Shown here in pieces: positions 29,128 through 38,758 of a stretch of 64,000 nt of DNA. The translations under genes were made by a program, and so were the position numbers. The stretch covers positions 1,332-65,331 of the forward strand of contig SCRI01000025.1 in the NCBI GenBank assembly GCA_004298675.1, given 5' to 3'. The stretch comes from a bacterium (lineage in GTDB: Bacteria > Vulcanimicrobiota > Vulcanimicrobiia > Vulcanimicrobiales > SCRA01). The notes under the pieces were generated by a model. It made no database searches, had not been told where the DNA came from, and was given only the letters and a program-made list of their open reading frames with translations. Position 1 is the stretch's first letter, and each line of letters starts with the position of its first letter.

Positions 29128-30443
29128 GCTTCACCGCGGGCTTTCTCTCCGAACTCATCGGACGCGAGGTGACGTACGCGGAGGGAACGCGCGAAGTAGC
29201 GGTGGGCCGGGTGGCCGATTTTCTGGTGAACGCGCCGCAGCAGGCCTTCCCGCCGATTGACGGCGTCGTCATCAAGACGGGCGGAAAGAACGATCTCTAC
29301 GCCCCCTTCAGCACCGTTATCGAGATCGGCACGCGCGGCCCGGTACGGTTAGGCACCAAGCCGGAGCTCGCTCCCTTCGCTCACGAAGACGCGCTCTATC
29401 TCGTCGCCGATCTCTTCGATCGCCAAATCGTCGATACCAATGGGCGCAAAGTGGTGCGCATCAACGATCTCGAAGTAGCCAACGTCAACGGCGTGCTGCG
29501 CGTCGTCGCCGCCGACGTCGGGCTGGCTGGGCTGCTGCGCCGGCTGGGGCTGCGCTCGTTCGCGCGCCGCTTCCTGCCGAAGGTGCACGAGAACATCCCA
29601 CGTGCTTTGATCGCCTGGGATGCCGTGGCGCCGATTCAAGACGTCAGTCCAGACCGCGTCCGCCTCAAAGTCGAGAAGAGCCGTCTGGCGAAACTCCATC
29701 CCTCCGATCTGGCGGAGATTATCTCCGATCTCTCCGCCGCCGACCAAACGCGCGTCATCAAATCTCTAGACGACGAGACCGCCGCCGACGCGTTCGAGCA
29801 CCTGGACATCGAGACGCAACAGACGATCCTGGAGGACTTGGGAACCGAGCGCGCCGCGGACATCGTGGAGGAGATGGATGCCGACGACGCCGCCGACCTG
29901 CTGCACGAGTTGGACGAGGAGCGCCGTCAGGAACTGCTGGCGGAGATGGAGCCGGAAACGGCCGGCGAGCTGCGGGAACTGGCCACGTACGACCCCGACA
30001 CCGCGGCCGGGTTGATGACCAAGAACTACCTCTGGATCTATCCGCATCGCACCGCGGCAGCAACGATGGACAAGCTGCGCGAGATGTCGCCCGAGACGGA
30101 CTTCATCTACTATCTGTTCGTCACGGATCAGAGCCGGCGGCTGCTCGGAGTGCTCTCGCTGCGTCAGTTGATCCTGGCCCAGCCGCAGTCAACCATCGAG
30201 TCGATCATGGAGACCGACGTCGTCACCGTACACCCGCAGCAGACCGCCGAGGACGTCGCCCGCACGATCGCACGCTACGATTTGCTAACGGTTCCGGTGG
30301 TGGACGACGACGGCATCATGGTGGGCATCATTACCGTCGACGACGCCATCGATGCCATCCTGCCGGAGAAGATCCGCAAACAGATCCCCCGGTTCACCGC
30401 GCGCCATCACCACGCGGCCGCCGACATTCACGTTCTTTCGTAG
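29124..30443 (+). CDS. MgtE-like cytosolic protein (PRC barrels + MgtE-N + CBS pair) lacking the TM pore
   Basis: QIVDTNGRKVVRINDL, LHPSDLAEII, EEMDADDAADLL, TAAGLMT and YDLLTVPVVD; no TM segments. Confidence 0.88.
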   Translation: MSFTAGFLSELIGREVTYAEGTREVAVGRVADFLVNAPQQAFPPIDGVVIKTGGKNDLYAPFSTVIEIGTRGPVRLGTKPELAPFAHEDALYLVADLFDRQIVDTNGRKVVRINDLEVANVNGVLRVVAADVGLAGLLRRLGLRSFARRFLPKVHENIPRALIAWDAVAPIQDVSPDRVRLKVEKSRLAKLHPSDLAEIISDLSAADQTRVIKSLDDETAADAFEHLDIETQQTILEDLGTERAADIVEEMDADDAADLLHELDEERRQELLAEMEPETAGELRELATYDPDTAAGLMTKNYLWIYPHRTAAATMDKLREMSPETDFIYYLFVTDQSRRLLGVLSLRQLILAQPQSTIESIMETDVVTVHPQQTAEDVARTIARYDLLTVPVVDDDGIMVGIITVDDAIDAILPEKIRKQIPRFTARHHHAAADIHVLS

Positions 30444-30455
30444 ACCGGAGACCAC

Positions 30456-31796
30456 ATGAACCCGCCCGACGCGATCGAAGCCCGTCCGACCGCCACGGCC
30501 TCTGCCGCCGCGCGCCGTCCCGCGCGCTGGCGCTCGCTGCTGATGTTTCTGTCGGTGGTGGGGCCGGGACTGATTACCGCCAACGCAGACAACGACGTAG
30601 GCGGTATCACGACGTATTCGCTAGCCGGAGCGCAGTTCGGCTACGAGCTGCTCTGGCTGCTGATCCCGGTCACGGTAGCGCTGGTGGTGACGCAGGAGAT
30701 GTGCGCGCGCATGGGCGCGGTCACCGGCAAGGGCTTGGCCGATCTCATCCGTGAGAACTTCGGCGTCAAGGTGACGTTCTGGGTGCTGGTCACGTTCGTG
30801 CTGTGCGACCTCGGCAACACCGCGGCGGAGTTCGCCGGCATCGCCTCCGCCGCGCCGATCCTGCACTCCTACATGCCAATCTTCAACAAGTACTGGTTGA
30901 CCATCGCGGGCGCGGCCTTCGTCTTCTTCGTGGTGACGCGCGGCTCGTATCGCGTCGTCGAGAAGATCTTCCTGGTCTTCTGCACGGTCTACCTAGCATA
31001 CATCGTCAGCGGCATCCTGGTTCACCCGCAGTGGCACGAAGTGGCCCGCGCCATGATTGCCCCCCATTTCACGGCCTCGAGCGCTTACATGCTGATGGCG
31101 ATCGGCGTCATCGGCACGACGATCTCGCCGTGGATGCAGTTCTACATTCAGTCGGCGATCGTCGAGAAGGGCGTAAAGATCAAGGAGTACCCATACTCCC
31201 GCATCGATGTCGTCAGCGGTGCCTTCTTCACGGACATCGTGGCCTTCTTCATCATCGTCGCCTGCGCCGCCACCATCTTCGTCTTCAATGCGCACGCTCC
31301 GCACGGCCATCAGATCATCATCAACGACGCCGGCGACGCCGCCGCGGCACTGGCGCCGCTGGCGGGCAAGTACGCCTCCCTGCTCTTCGCGGTCGGCCTG
31401 CTCAACGCGGCACTCTTCACGGCGTCGATCCTTCCGCTTTCGACGGCCTACTACGTGTGCGAAGCCTTCGGCTTCGAGTCGGGCGTGGAGCGCCGCTTTC
31501 GCGAAGCCCCCGTCTTCTACTCGCTCTACCTGGGCTTGATCGTCATCGGCGCCGGCCTCGTGCTGATCCCCGGCGCGCCGCTGCTGCAGATCATCTTCTA
31601 CTCGCAGGTCCTCAACGGGGCGCTGCTCCCGGTGATCCTGATCCTCATGCTGCTGCTCATCAACAACCGGCGCCTCATGGGGACGTACGTCAACGGCCGC
31701 CTGCTCAACACCATCGCCTGGGCCACCGTGGTGATCGTGGGCGTGCTGACCGTGGTCTCGACCATCCAACTGATCTTTCCGCAGTTGGGGAGTTAG
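30456..31796 (+). CDS. NRAMP-family divalent cation transporter (NrmT/Mg2+-type)
   Basis: GPGLITANADNDVGG in place of DPGN; QEMCARMG.VTGKGL; GTTISPWMQF in place of MPH; about 11 TM segments. Confidence 0.88.
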   Translation: MNPPDAIEARPTATASAAARRPARWRSLLMFLSVVGPGLITANADNDVGGITTYSLAGAQFGYELLWLLIPVTVALVVTQEMCARMGAVTGKGLADLIRENFGVKVTFWVLVTFVLCDLGNTAAEFAGIASAAPILHSYMPIFNKYWLTIAGAAFVFFVVTRGSYRVVEKIFLVFCTVYLAYIVSGILVHPQWHEVARAMIAPHFTASSAYMLMAIGVIGTTISPWMQFYIQSAIVEKGVKIKEYPYSRIDVVSGAFFTDIVAFFIIVACAATIFVFNAHAPHGHQIIINDAGDAAAALAPLAGKYASLLFAVGLLNAALFTASILPLSTAYYVCEAFGFESGVERRFREAPVFYSLYLGLIVIGAGLVLIPGAPLLQIIFYSQVLNGALLPVILILMLLLINNRRLMGTYVNGRLLNTIAWATVVIVGVLTVVSTIQLIFPQLGS

Positions 31797-31802
31797 CCGA
31801 TC

Positions 31803-32132
31803 CTAGACGCCTCCGGTCATGCTAGCTTGACCGAGGTGGAACGTAAGGGCGGCGCAGGCCGCGCCCAACGCGACGAGCAGCGTCGGAACGGGGCCACCGG
31901 TGCGCTTCGCGGCAATCGCGCCGGCTTGAATCAGCAGGGCCGCCGCCAGCCAGAGCGCGGGGTGCAGCCAGTGCACGCGCCCACCAGCGGCCATTAGCCA
32001 CACCCCCAACAGCAGTTGAACGGCCAGCGCCCACAGCGCCACACGCCGCCCCAGCGGCTGCCAGATAGCCCACAGCACGGCGACGATGACCACGAAGGCC
32101 CAGACGTAGTGGAGCGCGAGCGGCGTCTGCAT
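31803..32132 (-). CDS. Small hypothetical membrane protein
   Basis: 109 aa, about four hydrophobic segments; fills the intergenic gap. Confidence 0.65.
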   Translation of the reverse strand: MQTPLALHYVWAFVVIVAVLWAIWQPLGRRVALWALAVQLLLGVWLMAAGGRVHWLHPALWLAAALLIQAGAIAAKRTGGPVPTLLVALGAACAALTFHLGQASMTGGV

Positions 32133-32192
32133 GGCGGAGCCTTCGACGTTTGGCCGAAGGAACGCCTTGCCGTCCTGCCTGAAGTAAAAGCA

Positions 32193-33389
32193 ATGACCAC
32201 CGACGAGTTGCTCGCGTTTGCCGAGAGCCTAGCGCGGATCTCGGCCGCCGGCGGCGGTCCCAGAGCCTACGCCTCCCACTTGGCCGCGCGTTGCGGCGGC
32301 GCGGTGTTGGTGGAAGACGCGGAGTGGCATCATCTTGCCCTAGCGGGTTCCGGAGACCGCAGCGTACCCGCCTCGGCGCGCGAGCTCGTGCGCCAGGCCA
32401 AGCACCGTGACGGCGATCTGATCCACTTGAACCTCGCCGACGGCAGCCGGGGCCTGGCATATCCGATGAGTGCCGGCGACTCTGAGGTGGGCTGGCTGGT
32501 CGTGCTGGCGCAAGACAGCACCATGCCCGCCGATCTGGCACCCTTAGTCCGTCTCACCGCGTCGTCGATCGCGGTCGACCTCGTGCGCGAGGCCGGGGGC
32601 GTCAAGGGGCGCCGGCGCTCGTTCTGGGACCGGCTCTTGAGCGGCACCTACGACGATGCCGCGGCCGTCCGCGACGACGCGGCGGCGCGCGGGATCACGA
32701 TCGCACCCTCGTACGTCGCCGTGGCCGTGGAGGCCGAGGGCCTCGACGAGAGCATGGCCGCGCGTCAACTCTCCGACGTCCGCAAGCTCTGCTTGGCACA
32801 CCTGCACCATCAGAGCGCGGAGACGGTCACGATCGACCGCGCCGCCGGCTTCATCTTCCTGGTGCCCTCGCCGCTGCCGATCGACGCCCAGAACATTGCG
32901 CTGGCTGCCTCCATGCTCCCCAAGCACGCGGGTAAGGCCAAACTCGACGCAGCCCTGGTGGGCGGCGTGGGTACGCGTGCCGACGACATCCTCGAGACGG
33001 CGCGCAGCGTCAACGAGGCGCGCGAGGCCCTGGTCATCGTGCGCCGCCTCTTCGGCGTAGGGCGCGTGGGCGCGTGGGAGGATCTTGGACTCTATCCGCT
33101 GCTCCATCGCGGCGCCAGCCGTGACGAGCTGCAGCGCTTCGCGGAGCGTACGCTCGAGCCGCTGCGGGCCTACGACGAGAAGAACCACACCGAGTTACTA
33201 CGGACGCTTGCACTGTACTTCACCGTACGCCAAAACGTGAAGACGGCCTCGGAGAAGCTCAACGTCCATCGCCATACCGTTTTCTACCGGTTGCGGCAGA
33301 TTGCCGAGATCTGCAACCGTGATCTCGACAGCGCCCACGACCAATTGGCCCTGCGCGCAGCGCTGGCCATCGACACGCTCCTGACCTAA
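32193..33389 (+). CDS. PucR/CdaR-family transcriptional regulator
   Basis: EAREAL, EDLGLYPLL, LEPLRAYD....ELLRTL and KLNVHRHTVFYRLRQI (C-terminal HTH). ATG at 32193. Confidence 0.92.
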   Translation: MTTDELLAFAESLARISAAGGGPRAYASHLAARCGGAVLVEDAEWHHLALAGSGDRSVPASARELVRQAKHRDGDLIHLNLADGSRGLAYPMSAGDSEVGWLVVLAQDSTMPADLAPLVRLTASSIAVDLVREAGGVKGRRRSFWDRLLSGTYDDAAAVRDDAAARGITIAPSYVAVAVEAEGLDESMAARQLSDVRKLCLAHLHHQSAETVTIDRAAGFIFLVPSPLPIDAQNIALAASMLPKHAGKAKLDAALVGGVGTRADDILETARSVNEAREALVIVRRLFGVGRVGAWEDLGLYPLLHRGASRDELQRFAERTLEPLRAYDEKNHTELLRTLALYFTVRQNVKTASEKLNVHRHTVFYRLRQIAEICNRDLDSAHDQLALRAALAIDTLLT

Positions 33390-33410
33390 AGAGCCGCCAA
33401 GTAGGACGAC

Positions 33411-34733
33411 ATGAACAAAAGAGATCTCACGCGCTTGATCAAGGAGAGCGGCGTCCGTTTCCTCCGGATGCAGTTCGTCGACATCTTCGGCATCACCAAG
33501 AACGTGGTCATCCCGGCCGGCGAACTGGAGCGCGCGCTCGACGGCCGCGTCACCTTCGACGGCGGCAGTATCGCCGGCTTCGCGCGCTCGGAGGAGGTCG
33601 ACATGATGCTCAAGCCCGACCTCAACACGTTCGCGATCTATCCCTGGACAACCGAACAGGAGACCGAGGCACGACTCATCTGCGACATCGTGCAGTCGGA
33701 CGGCGAACCTTTCGAAGGCTGTCCGCGCACGACGCTCAAGCGCGCCGTAGCGCAGGTACACGAGATGGGGTTCACGCTGGGCAGCTGCGTGGAGGCGGAG
33801 TTCTACGTGTTCCAGCGCGACGAGCAGGGCAATCCGGTCATGAACCCTTCCGAGCGCGGCTCCTACTTCGACTTCTCGCCCTCCGACGTCGGCGAACACG
33901 CGCGCCGGCACATGGTGGCGACGCTCGAGACGATGGGCTTTCACATCGCCTCTGCCCACCACGAGCACGGCCCCGGCCAGCACGAGATCGACTTCAAGAG
34001 CGCCGATGCCCTCACCACCGCCGACAACGTCGTCACGCTGCGCAACGTCGTGCGCCATCTCGCGCTCGAACGCGATCTGCATGCCACGTTCATGGCCAAG
34101 CCGCTAGGTGACGGCGCCGGCAGCGCGCTGCATATCGAAATCGTCCTGCGCGAGGGCGAACGCAACGCCTTTGCCGACGACAGCGGCGAGCGCGGCCTCT
34201 CGCCGACGGCGCTCTACTTCATCGGTGGACTGCTCGCTCACGCCCCCGCCATTACCGCGATCGCCAACCCCACCGTCAACTCCTACAAGCGCTTGGTGCC
34301 GTTCTGGGATGCACCCATCCTCACGGTTTGGAGCGAGCGTAGCGCCAACAGCATGGTGCGCATCCCCTCCGAGCGCGGCGACGACACGCGCATCGAGCTG
34401 CGCAGCCCCGACGCATCATGCAATCCGTACCTGACGCTGGCCGTGATCCTGGCTGCCGGCATGGACGGGATTCGCAATGAGCTGCTGCCGGGGCAGCCGC
34501 TCGCCGGCAGCACCTACGAGCTCAGCGAGCGCATGCGCGCCGAACGCGGCATCCGCGAGCTGCCGCACTCGCTACGCGAGGCGTTGGCCGAGCTGGACCG
34601 CGACCCGGTCATCCGCGGAGCGTTGGGAGACCACATCTACCACGCCTTCCGCGAAGCCAAGGCCGCCGAGTACGAGCGCTACCGCCGTGCCGTGCATCCC
34701 TGGGAGCTGGACGAATACCTTACCCTGCACTAG
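33411..34733 (+). CDS. Glutamine synthetase-like ligase (type I fold, divergent active site)
   Basis: FDGGSIAGF, EAEFY, HHEHGPGQHEI, ATFMAKP, NSYKRLVP and RIELRSPD..NPYL motifs. Confidence 0.88.
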   Translation: MNKRDLTRLIKESGVRFLRMQFVDIFGITKNVVIPAGELERALDGRVTFDGGSIAGFARSEEVDMMLKPDLNTFAIYPWTTEQETEARLICDIVQSDGEPFEGCPRTTLKRAVAQVHEMGFTLGSCVEAEFYVFQRDEQGNPVMNPSERGSYFDFSPSDVGEHARRHMVATLETMGFHIASAHHEHGPGQHEIDFKSADALTTADNVVTLRNVVRHLALERDLHATFMAKPLGDGAGSALHIEIVLREGERNAFADDSGERGLSPTALYFIGGLLAHAPAITAIANPTVNSYKRLVPFWDAPILTVWSERSANSMVRIPSERGDDTRIELRSPDASCNPYLTLAVILAAGMDGIRNELLPGQPLAGSTYELSERMRAERGIRELPHSLREALAELDRDPVIRGALGDHIYHAFREAKAAEYERYRRAVHPWELDEYLTLH

Positions 34734-36672
34734 AACTGTGGCGCGGCGGCGCATCGGCGCACGGGCGCAGCGTGAGACGGAAACACGAACCTGCGCCACC
34801 GCTCTCACGCAAGACGAGCGTTCCGCCGACGGCCTGCGCGAGCTGGCGGGAGATATAGAGCCCGAGGCCCGTCCCCGGGTGCGCGCGGACCTCTCCGTCC
34901 AGCCGCACGAAGCGCTCGAAGATGCGCTCGCGATCGGCGGCTGGAATGCCGGGGCCCGCGTCGACGACGTCGACGGTGACGTCCTCGTCTTCCACGCCTA
35001 TCTCGACGGCGATCTCTCCGCTTCCGCCGGCGTACTTCGCGGCATTCGTCAGCAGATTCGTGAGGATGCGCAGAACGTGGTCCGGGTCCGTATGCGCAGC
35101 CAGGCCCTCTCCGTGCGAGCGCACAACGAAGCGACACTCGGGGTACTCCATCGCCACCGCGGCGATGGCGCGGCGCACGATCCCCTCCACGCTCGCGGTT
35201 CGTAACTGCGCGTGCGGCATCCCCCGTTCGAAGTTGGCGGTGGTCAAGACATCGTCCACGAGCCGAATGAGGCGGTCGGCCTCGCCGTCGACGATCTGTA
35301 GTGCCTCCTCGCGCTGCTGCGCGCTCACGGCATCGCCGCGATGGATCAGCACGCTGATGAAGCCTTTGATGCTGGTCAGTGGCGTACGCAATTCGTGGCT
35401 GACGGTCGAGACGAAATCTGACTTCATCTGCGCGATCTCTTCGAGTTCGCGCAGTTGGCGGATCTCGAGACCGCGAACCTCCGCGCGGGCCACGGCCAGT
35501 CCCGCGAAATTCGCAAAGATTTGCAGTGCGCGCGCGCTCTCGTTCGCGATGTGCCCGCTGCCATGTGGCAGCTCGGGAGCAAGGAACCCGATGATGCGGC
35601 CGGAGGCGTCGACGAATGGAAACGTCAGCGCCTCCGGCGCGGCATAGTAGCCTTCCGCAGTCCGCCGCTCCGCAGCGAGCCGGCGCGCCACCTCGTCCGC
35701 GGCGATGATCGCGCCGACCGGCTCGCTGACGACGCGACCGAGCACGGCGCGGCGCACGAAGAGGCCCCGTTCCTGGTCCAGCAACGCGATCTCGCCGCCC
35801 GACAAGTCGAACGTGCGCAGCGCCGCCCGCAAGATCGCGAGCAGCAAATCGTCCAGGCGCTCCTCGGCCAGCAAGTCAGCGGAGACGCGCAGTACCTCGG
35901 CCATCCGGCGCGCCGCCGTCTCGCGCTGCGTGGCCAGGCGCGCGTTCTCGACCGCCACGCTCGCCAGCGCCGCGAACATCTCGATAGCGCGAATAACTTC
36001 GTCGTTGGGGAAGCGGCGTTCGGCGGGGTCGTCGGGCGTGAGCAGACCGATGATGCGGCCGTGACGATCGAAGAAGGGAAAGGCGATCAGGTCCCGTTCT
36101 TGCCAGGCGCCGGGTTGGCTGCGGGACACGTCGGCCAACTCGGGGTAACGGCGCAGCGCTACCGGCATGGCTAACTCCCGCGCGCGCTCGCCAGGCACGT
36201 AGTAGAACGTGTCGCGCACGCGAAACTCCGGCGCGAGGATCTGTTCGATGAGCCGCGGATCGACCACCGTGCCAAGCAGCGGCCCGATGCGCGCGGGTGG
36301 GAAGCCCACGATCGCCGCGCGCATGAAGGGTTGATCCGGAGAGTCGCGCAGGTAGAATGCTCCGGAACAGAAGCCGAAGCTCTCTAAGGTCGCCGCAAGC
36401 AGCCGATCGAGAACCACGGAGATCGAGTGTTCCCGCAGCAGCGTGGTGCTGATCTCCAAGATCGCGCGCGTCAGCTCGCGGCGGCGCACGACGCGGGCCG
36501 CGCCGGCGTGGATCGTCGATTCGAGCGCGGCCAGCCGCTCGCGGAAGCGGCGCCGCTCGCGCACCCTGCGGCGCCGCTCCAGGGCCCAGAGTGCGCCTGC
36601 AGCTGCCGTCGCAGCAAGCGCGAACGCTAGCGGAGCCAGTTCAACCACGATACCTGCAGTATCGGCCGGCAC
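34720..36672 (-). CDS. Sensor histidine kinase with N-terminal TM and two GAF domains
   Basis: H-box SHELRTPLT, N-box NLLTNAAKY, DAGPGI, IFERF and GTGLGL motifs. Start uncertain (36672 or 36648). Confidence 0.9.
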   Translation of the reverse strand: MPADTAGIVVELAPLAFALAATAAAGALWALERRRRVRERRRFRERLAALESTIHAGAARVVRRRELTRAILEISTTLLREHSISVVLDRLLAATLESFGFCSGAFYLRDSPDQPFMRAAIVGFPPARIGPLLGTVVDPRLIEQILAPEFRVRDTFYYVPGERARELAMPVALRRYPELADVSRSQPGAWQERDLIAFPFFDRHGRIIGLLTPDDPAERRFPNDEVIRAIEMFAALASVAVENARLATQRETAARRMAEVLRVSADLLAEERLDDLLLAILRAALRTFDLSGGEIALLDQERGLFVRRAVLGRVVSEPVGAIIAADEVARRLAAERRTAEGYYAAPEALTFPFVDASGRIIGFLAPELPHGSGHIANESARALQIFANFAGLAVARAEVRGLEIRQLRELEEIAQMKSDFVSTVSHELRTPLTSIKGFISVLIHRGDAVSAQQREEALQIVDGEADRLIRLVDDVLTTANFERGMPHAQLRTASVEGIVRRAIAAVAMEYPECRFVVRSHGEGLAAHTDPDHVLRILTNLLTNAAKYAGGSGEIAVEIGVEDEDVTVDVVDAGPGIPAADRERIFERFVRLDGEVRAHPGTGLGLYISRQLAQAVGGTLVLRESGGAGSCFRLTLRPCADAPPRHSSSAG

Positions 36673-36770
36673 GCGGATGCGTTCCACGCTCGCCGGCCAC
36701 CAGGGCACCCGCACGCCGGCGTGAAAAGCAGACTGCCCGCGACCACGATCCCGCACGGAAGGAGCTCCAC

Positions 36771-37151
36771 GTGCTCGTCGACACCATCGAAACCACCCAC
36801 GCACCACGCCCTATCGGGCCCTATAGCCAGGCTATTCGCGTGGGCGACCTGCTCTTCTGCTCTGGACAGGTTGGGCTCGATCCGGCCTCCGGTAAGCTCG
36901 TGAGCGGGGGCCCAAAGGCCGAAACCGAGCGCGTCATGGAGAACGTGCGCGGCCTACTCTCCGCCGCGGGTATCGGCCTGGAGCACGTCGTGAAGACGAC
37001 CATCTTCCTGGCGGATATGGCCGATTACGCCGACGTCAACACGGTCTACGGCAGTTACTTTAGCGGCGGATACCCCGCGCGCACCACCGTGGCGGTGGCG
37101 GCGCTGCCGGCCGGGGCCAGCGTCGAGATCGACGTCATCGCACGGATCTAG
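36771..37151 (+). CDS. ridA: RidA family reactive intermediate deaminase
   Basis: RBS AAGGAG; APRPIGPYSQA, SGQ, VVKTTIFL, PARTTV and VEID motifs. Confidence 0.92.
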   Translation: MLVDTIETTHAPRPIGPYSQAIRVGDLLFCSGQVGLDPASGKLVSGGPKAETERVMENVRGLLSAAGIGLEHVVKTTIFLADMADYADVNTVYGSYFSGGYPARTTVAVAALPAGASVEIDVIARI

Positions 37152-38325
37152 GCGCCGCCTCCTGCCGCGAGAGCGCTAGTTTCGCCAGCCGCGCCGCCTG
37201 CACGTTGTGCAGCGACGCCGCGGTCCGGTATTCCTTGAGCGCCGCCTCGTGGCGGCCCAGCTCATCCTCGATGACCGCGAGGTTGAAGTGGAGGATGCCG
37301 TCGCCCTCATCGATCGCGAGGCCCTTGAGGGTGACGGCCTCGGCCAATTCGTGCTGCCCCTGGGCATCGTAATCCGCCGCGGTATCGTAGTAGGCCTCGA
37401 GTTGGAAGGGATCATCGGCGATGGCACGATGATAGAATTGCAGCGCGGCCGCCCGGTCGTTGGTCAGGTCCGCCAGCACACCGAGATTCACGAGCACCGA
37501 GGCGTCGCGCGGATCGAGTGCCTCCGCCCGCTCCAAGAACGGACGCGCCGAACGCGTGTCCTTCAAGCCCAGGTAGGCGTCACCGAGATTGTTGAGCGCC
37601 GCGATCAAAGCGGGTTGCAGCGAGAGCGCTTCACGCAGCGGCTGGAGAGCCTCGGAGTAGCGTTCTTTGGAGATGAGGGCGCTGCCGATACCGTTATAGC
37701 CGGCCGCGTCGTTGGGGGCAAGATCGACCGCGTGATGATAGGCCGTCAGCGCCTCATCGGTTAGCCCCGCGGCATCGCAGGCCACCCCGAGGTCAACGGC
37801 ATACCCGGCATCCCGGGGATGGTCTTCCGCGTCCTGCCGCGCGCGAGCGACGAACGCATCCAAATCCCCGTGCATGCGATGCATGGCGACCAAGTGCGCA
37901 AACCCCTCCGGCAATGGCAGACTCGCGCGGAACTCGCGAATCGCATCACCGTAGCGCTGCTCCAGCGCGTAGACGCCGCCGAGGCGATTGTGGATCTCGT
38001 GCGCATCGCCCCGCGCCAGTGCGTCGCGATAGAGCTGCTCCGCGCGCCTGAGATCGCGCGCGCGATAATAGAAGTCACCCAACAGCACCATCGGTCCGCG
38101 TTCCGCAGGGTGGGCCGCGACGTAGATGGACAACTCCGAAATGGCGCCGGCAAGATCTCCGCTATCGGCGCGCTGCTCCTCGCGCGCGATGATCGACGGG
38201 TCGCTGGGCATGCCGTAGATCGTCTCGCCGCTGGGCATCTTCACGACGGTTCCAGCCGACGCGCGCGGTGCCATGGAAACGAGCGCCAGGATGGCGCAGA
38301 CCGCGATCGTGATGGTTGTGCGCAT
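37135..38325 (-). CDS. Secreted TPR-repeat protein
   Basis: Signal peptide (…APRASA) and many TPRs (ALNNLGDAY, VLVNLG, LHFNLA). Confidence 0.85.
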   Translation of the reverse strand: MRTTITIAVCAILALVSMAPRASAGTVVKMPSGETIYGMPSDPSIIAREEQRADSGDLAGAISELSIYVAAHPAERGPMVLLGDFYYRARDLRRAEQLYRDALARGDAHEIHNRLGGVYALEQRYGDAIREFRASLPLPEGFAHLVAMHRMHGDLDAFVARARQDAEDHPRDAGYAVDLGVACDAAGLTDEALTAYHHAVDLAPNDAAGYNGIGSALISKERYSEALQPLREALSLQPALIAALNNLGDAYLGLKDTRSARPFLERAEALDPRDASVLVNLGVLADLTNDRAAALQFYHRAIADDPFQLEAYYDTAADYDAQGQHELAEAVTLKGLAIDEGDGILHFNLAVIEDELGRHEAALKEYRTAASLHNVQAARLAKLALSRQEAAPRSVR

Positions 38326-38388
38326 GGCACACACCTCGGCTGGGGACGCGTCTCGCCCTTAGTATACCGCCGTGACAGGGAAAGACGA

Positions 38389-38425
38389 GGCCCCCGGTGC
38401 GCTCGTTCGAGGCGCTCCGGGGGCC
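38389..38425 (-). terminator. Intrinsic terminator-like hairpin
   Basis: GGCCCCCGG...CCGGGGGCC stem with an inner GCGC/TCG-CGA stem, followed on the minus strand by TCGTCTTT. Confidence 0.6.
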
Positions 38426-38526
38426 ATCACGCATCCCCTTCCAGCGGAGGATGTCCTGGGGGCGGCCCCGTCCAGCGGGGGACGCCCTGGGCCCAGTCGT
38501 GGATCGGGCGTCGACAGCCCTTCCGG

Positions 38527-38643
38527 CTAGACGCCGCGGGAGAGGCCCTCCTCACGTACCAGCGTCCCCTTCTCGCGCAACTCCTCGCGCACGTCTCTCT
38601 CGTACTCGCGGTTTGCTTGCGCCTCGAGCGCCTGGTACTCCAT
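38527..38643 (-). CDS. Unannotated 38-aa charged peptide
   Basis: AAGGAG-AAGGCA-ATG; MEYQALEAQANREYERDVREELREKGTLVREEGLSRGV*; extended -10 TG-T-TAGAAT at 38701-38693. Confidence 0.6.
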   Translation of the reverse strand: MEYQALEAQANREYERDVREELREKGTLVREEGLSRGV

Positions 38644-38758
38644 TGCCTTCTCCTTCATATCATCTCGCAAGAAAATTTCTTCCTCTGGCAAGATTCTAAC
38701 ACGGAGAGAATCGCGCTAACCATCCCCCCAATGGGTGGATTTCGAGAGACGAACGGCC

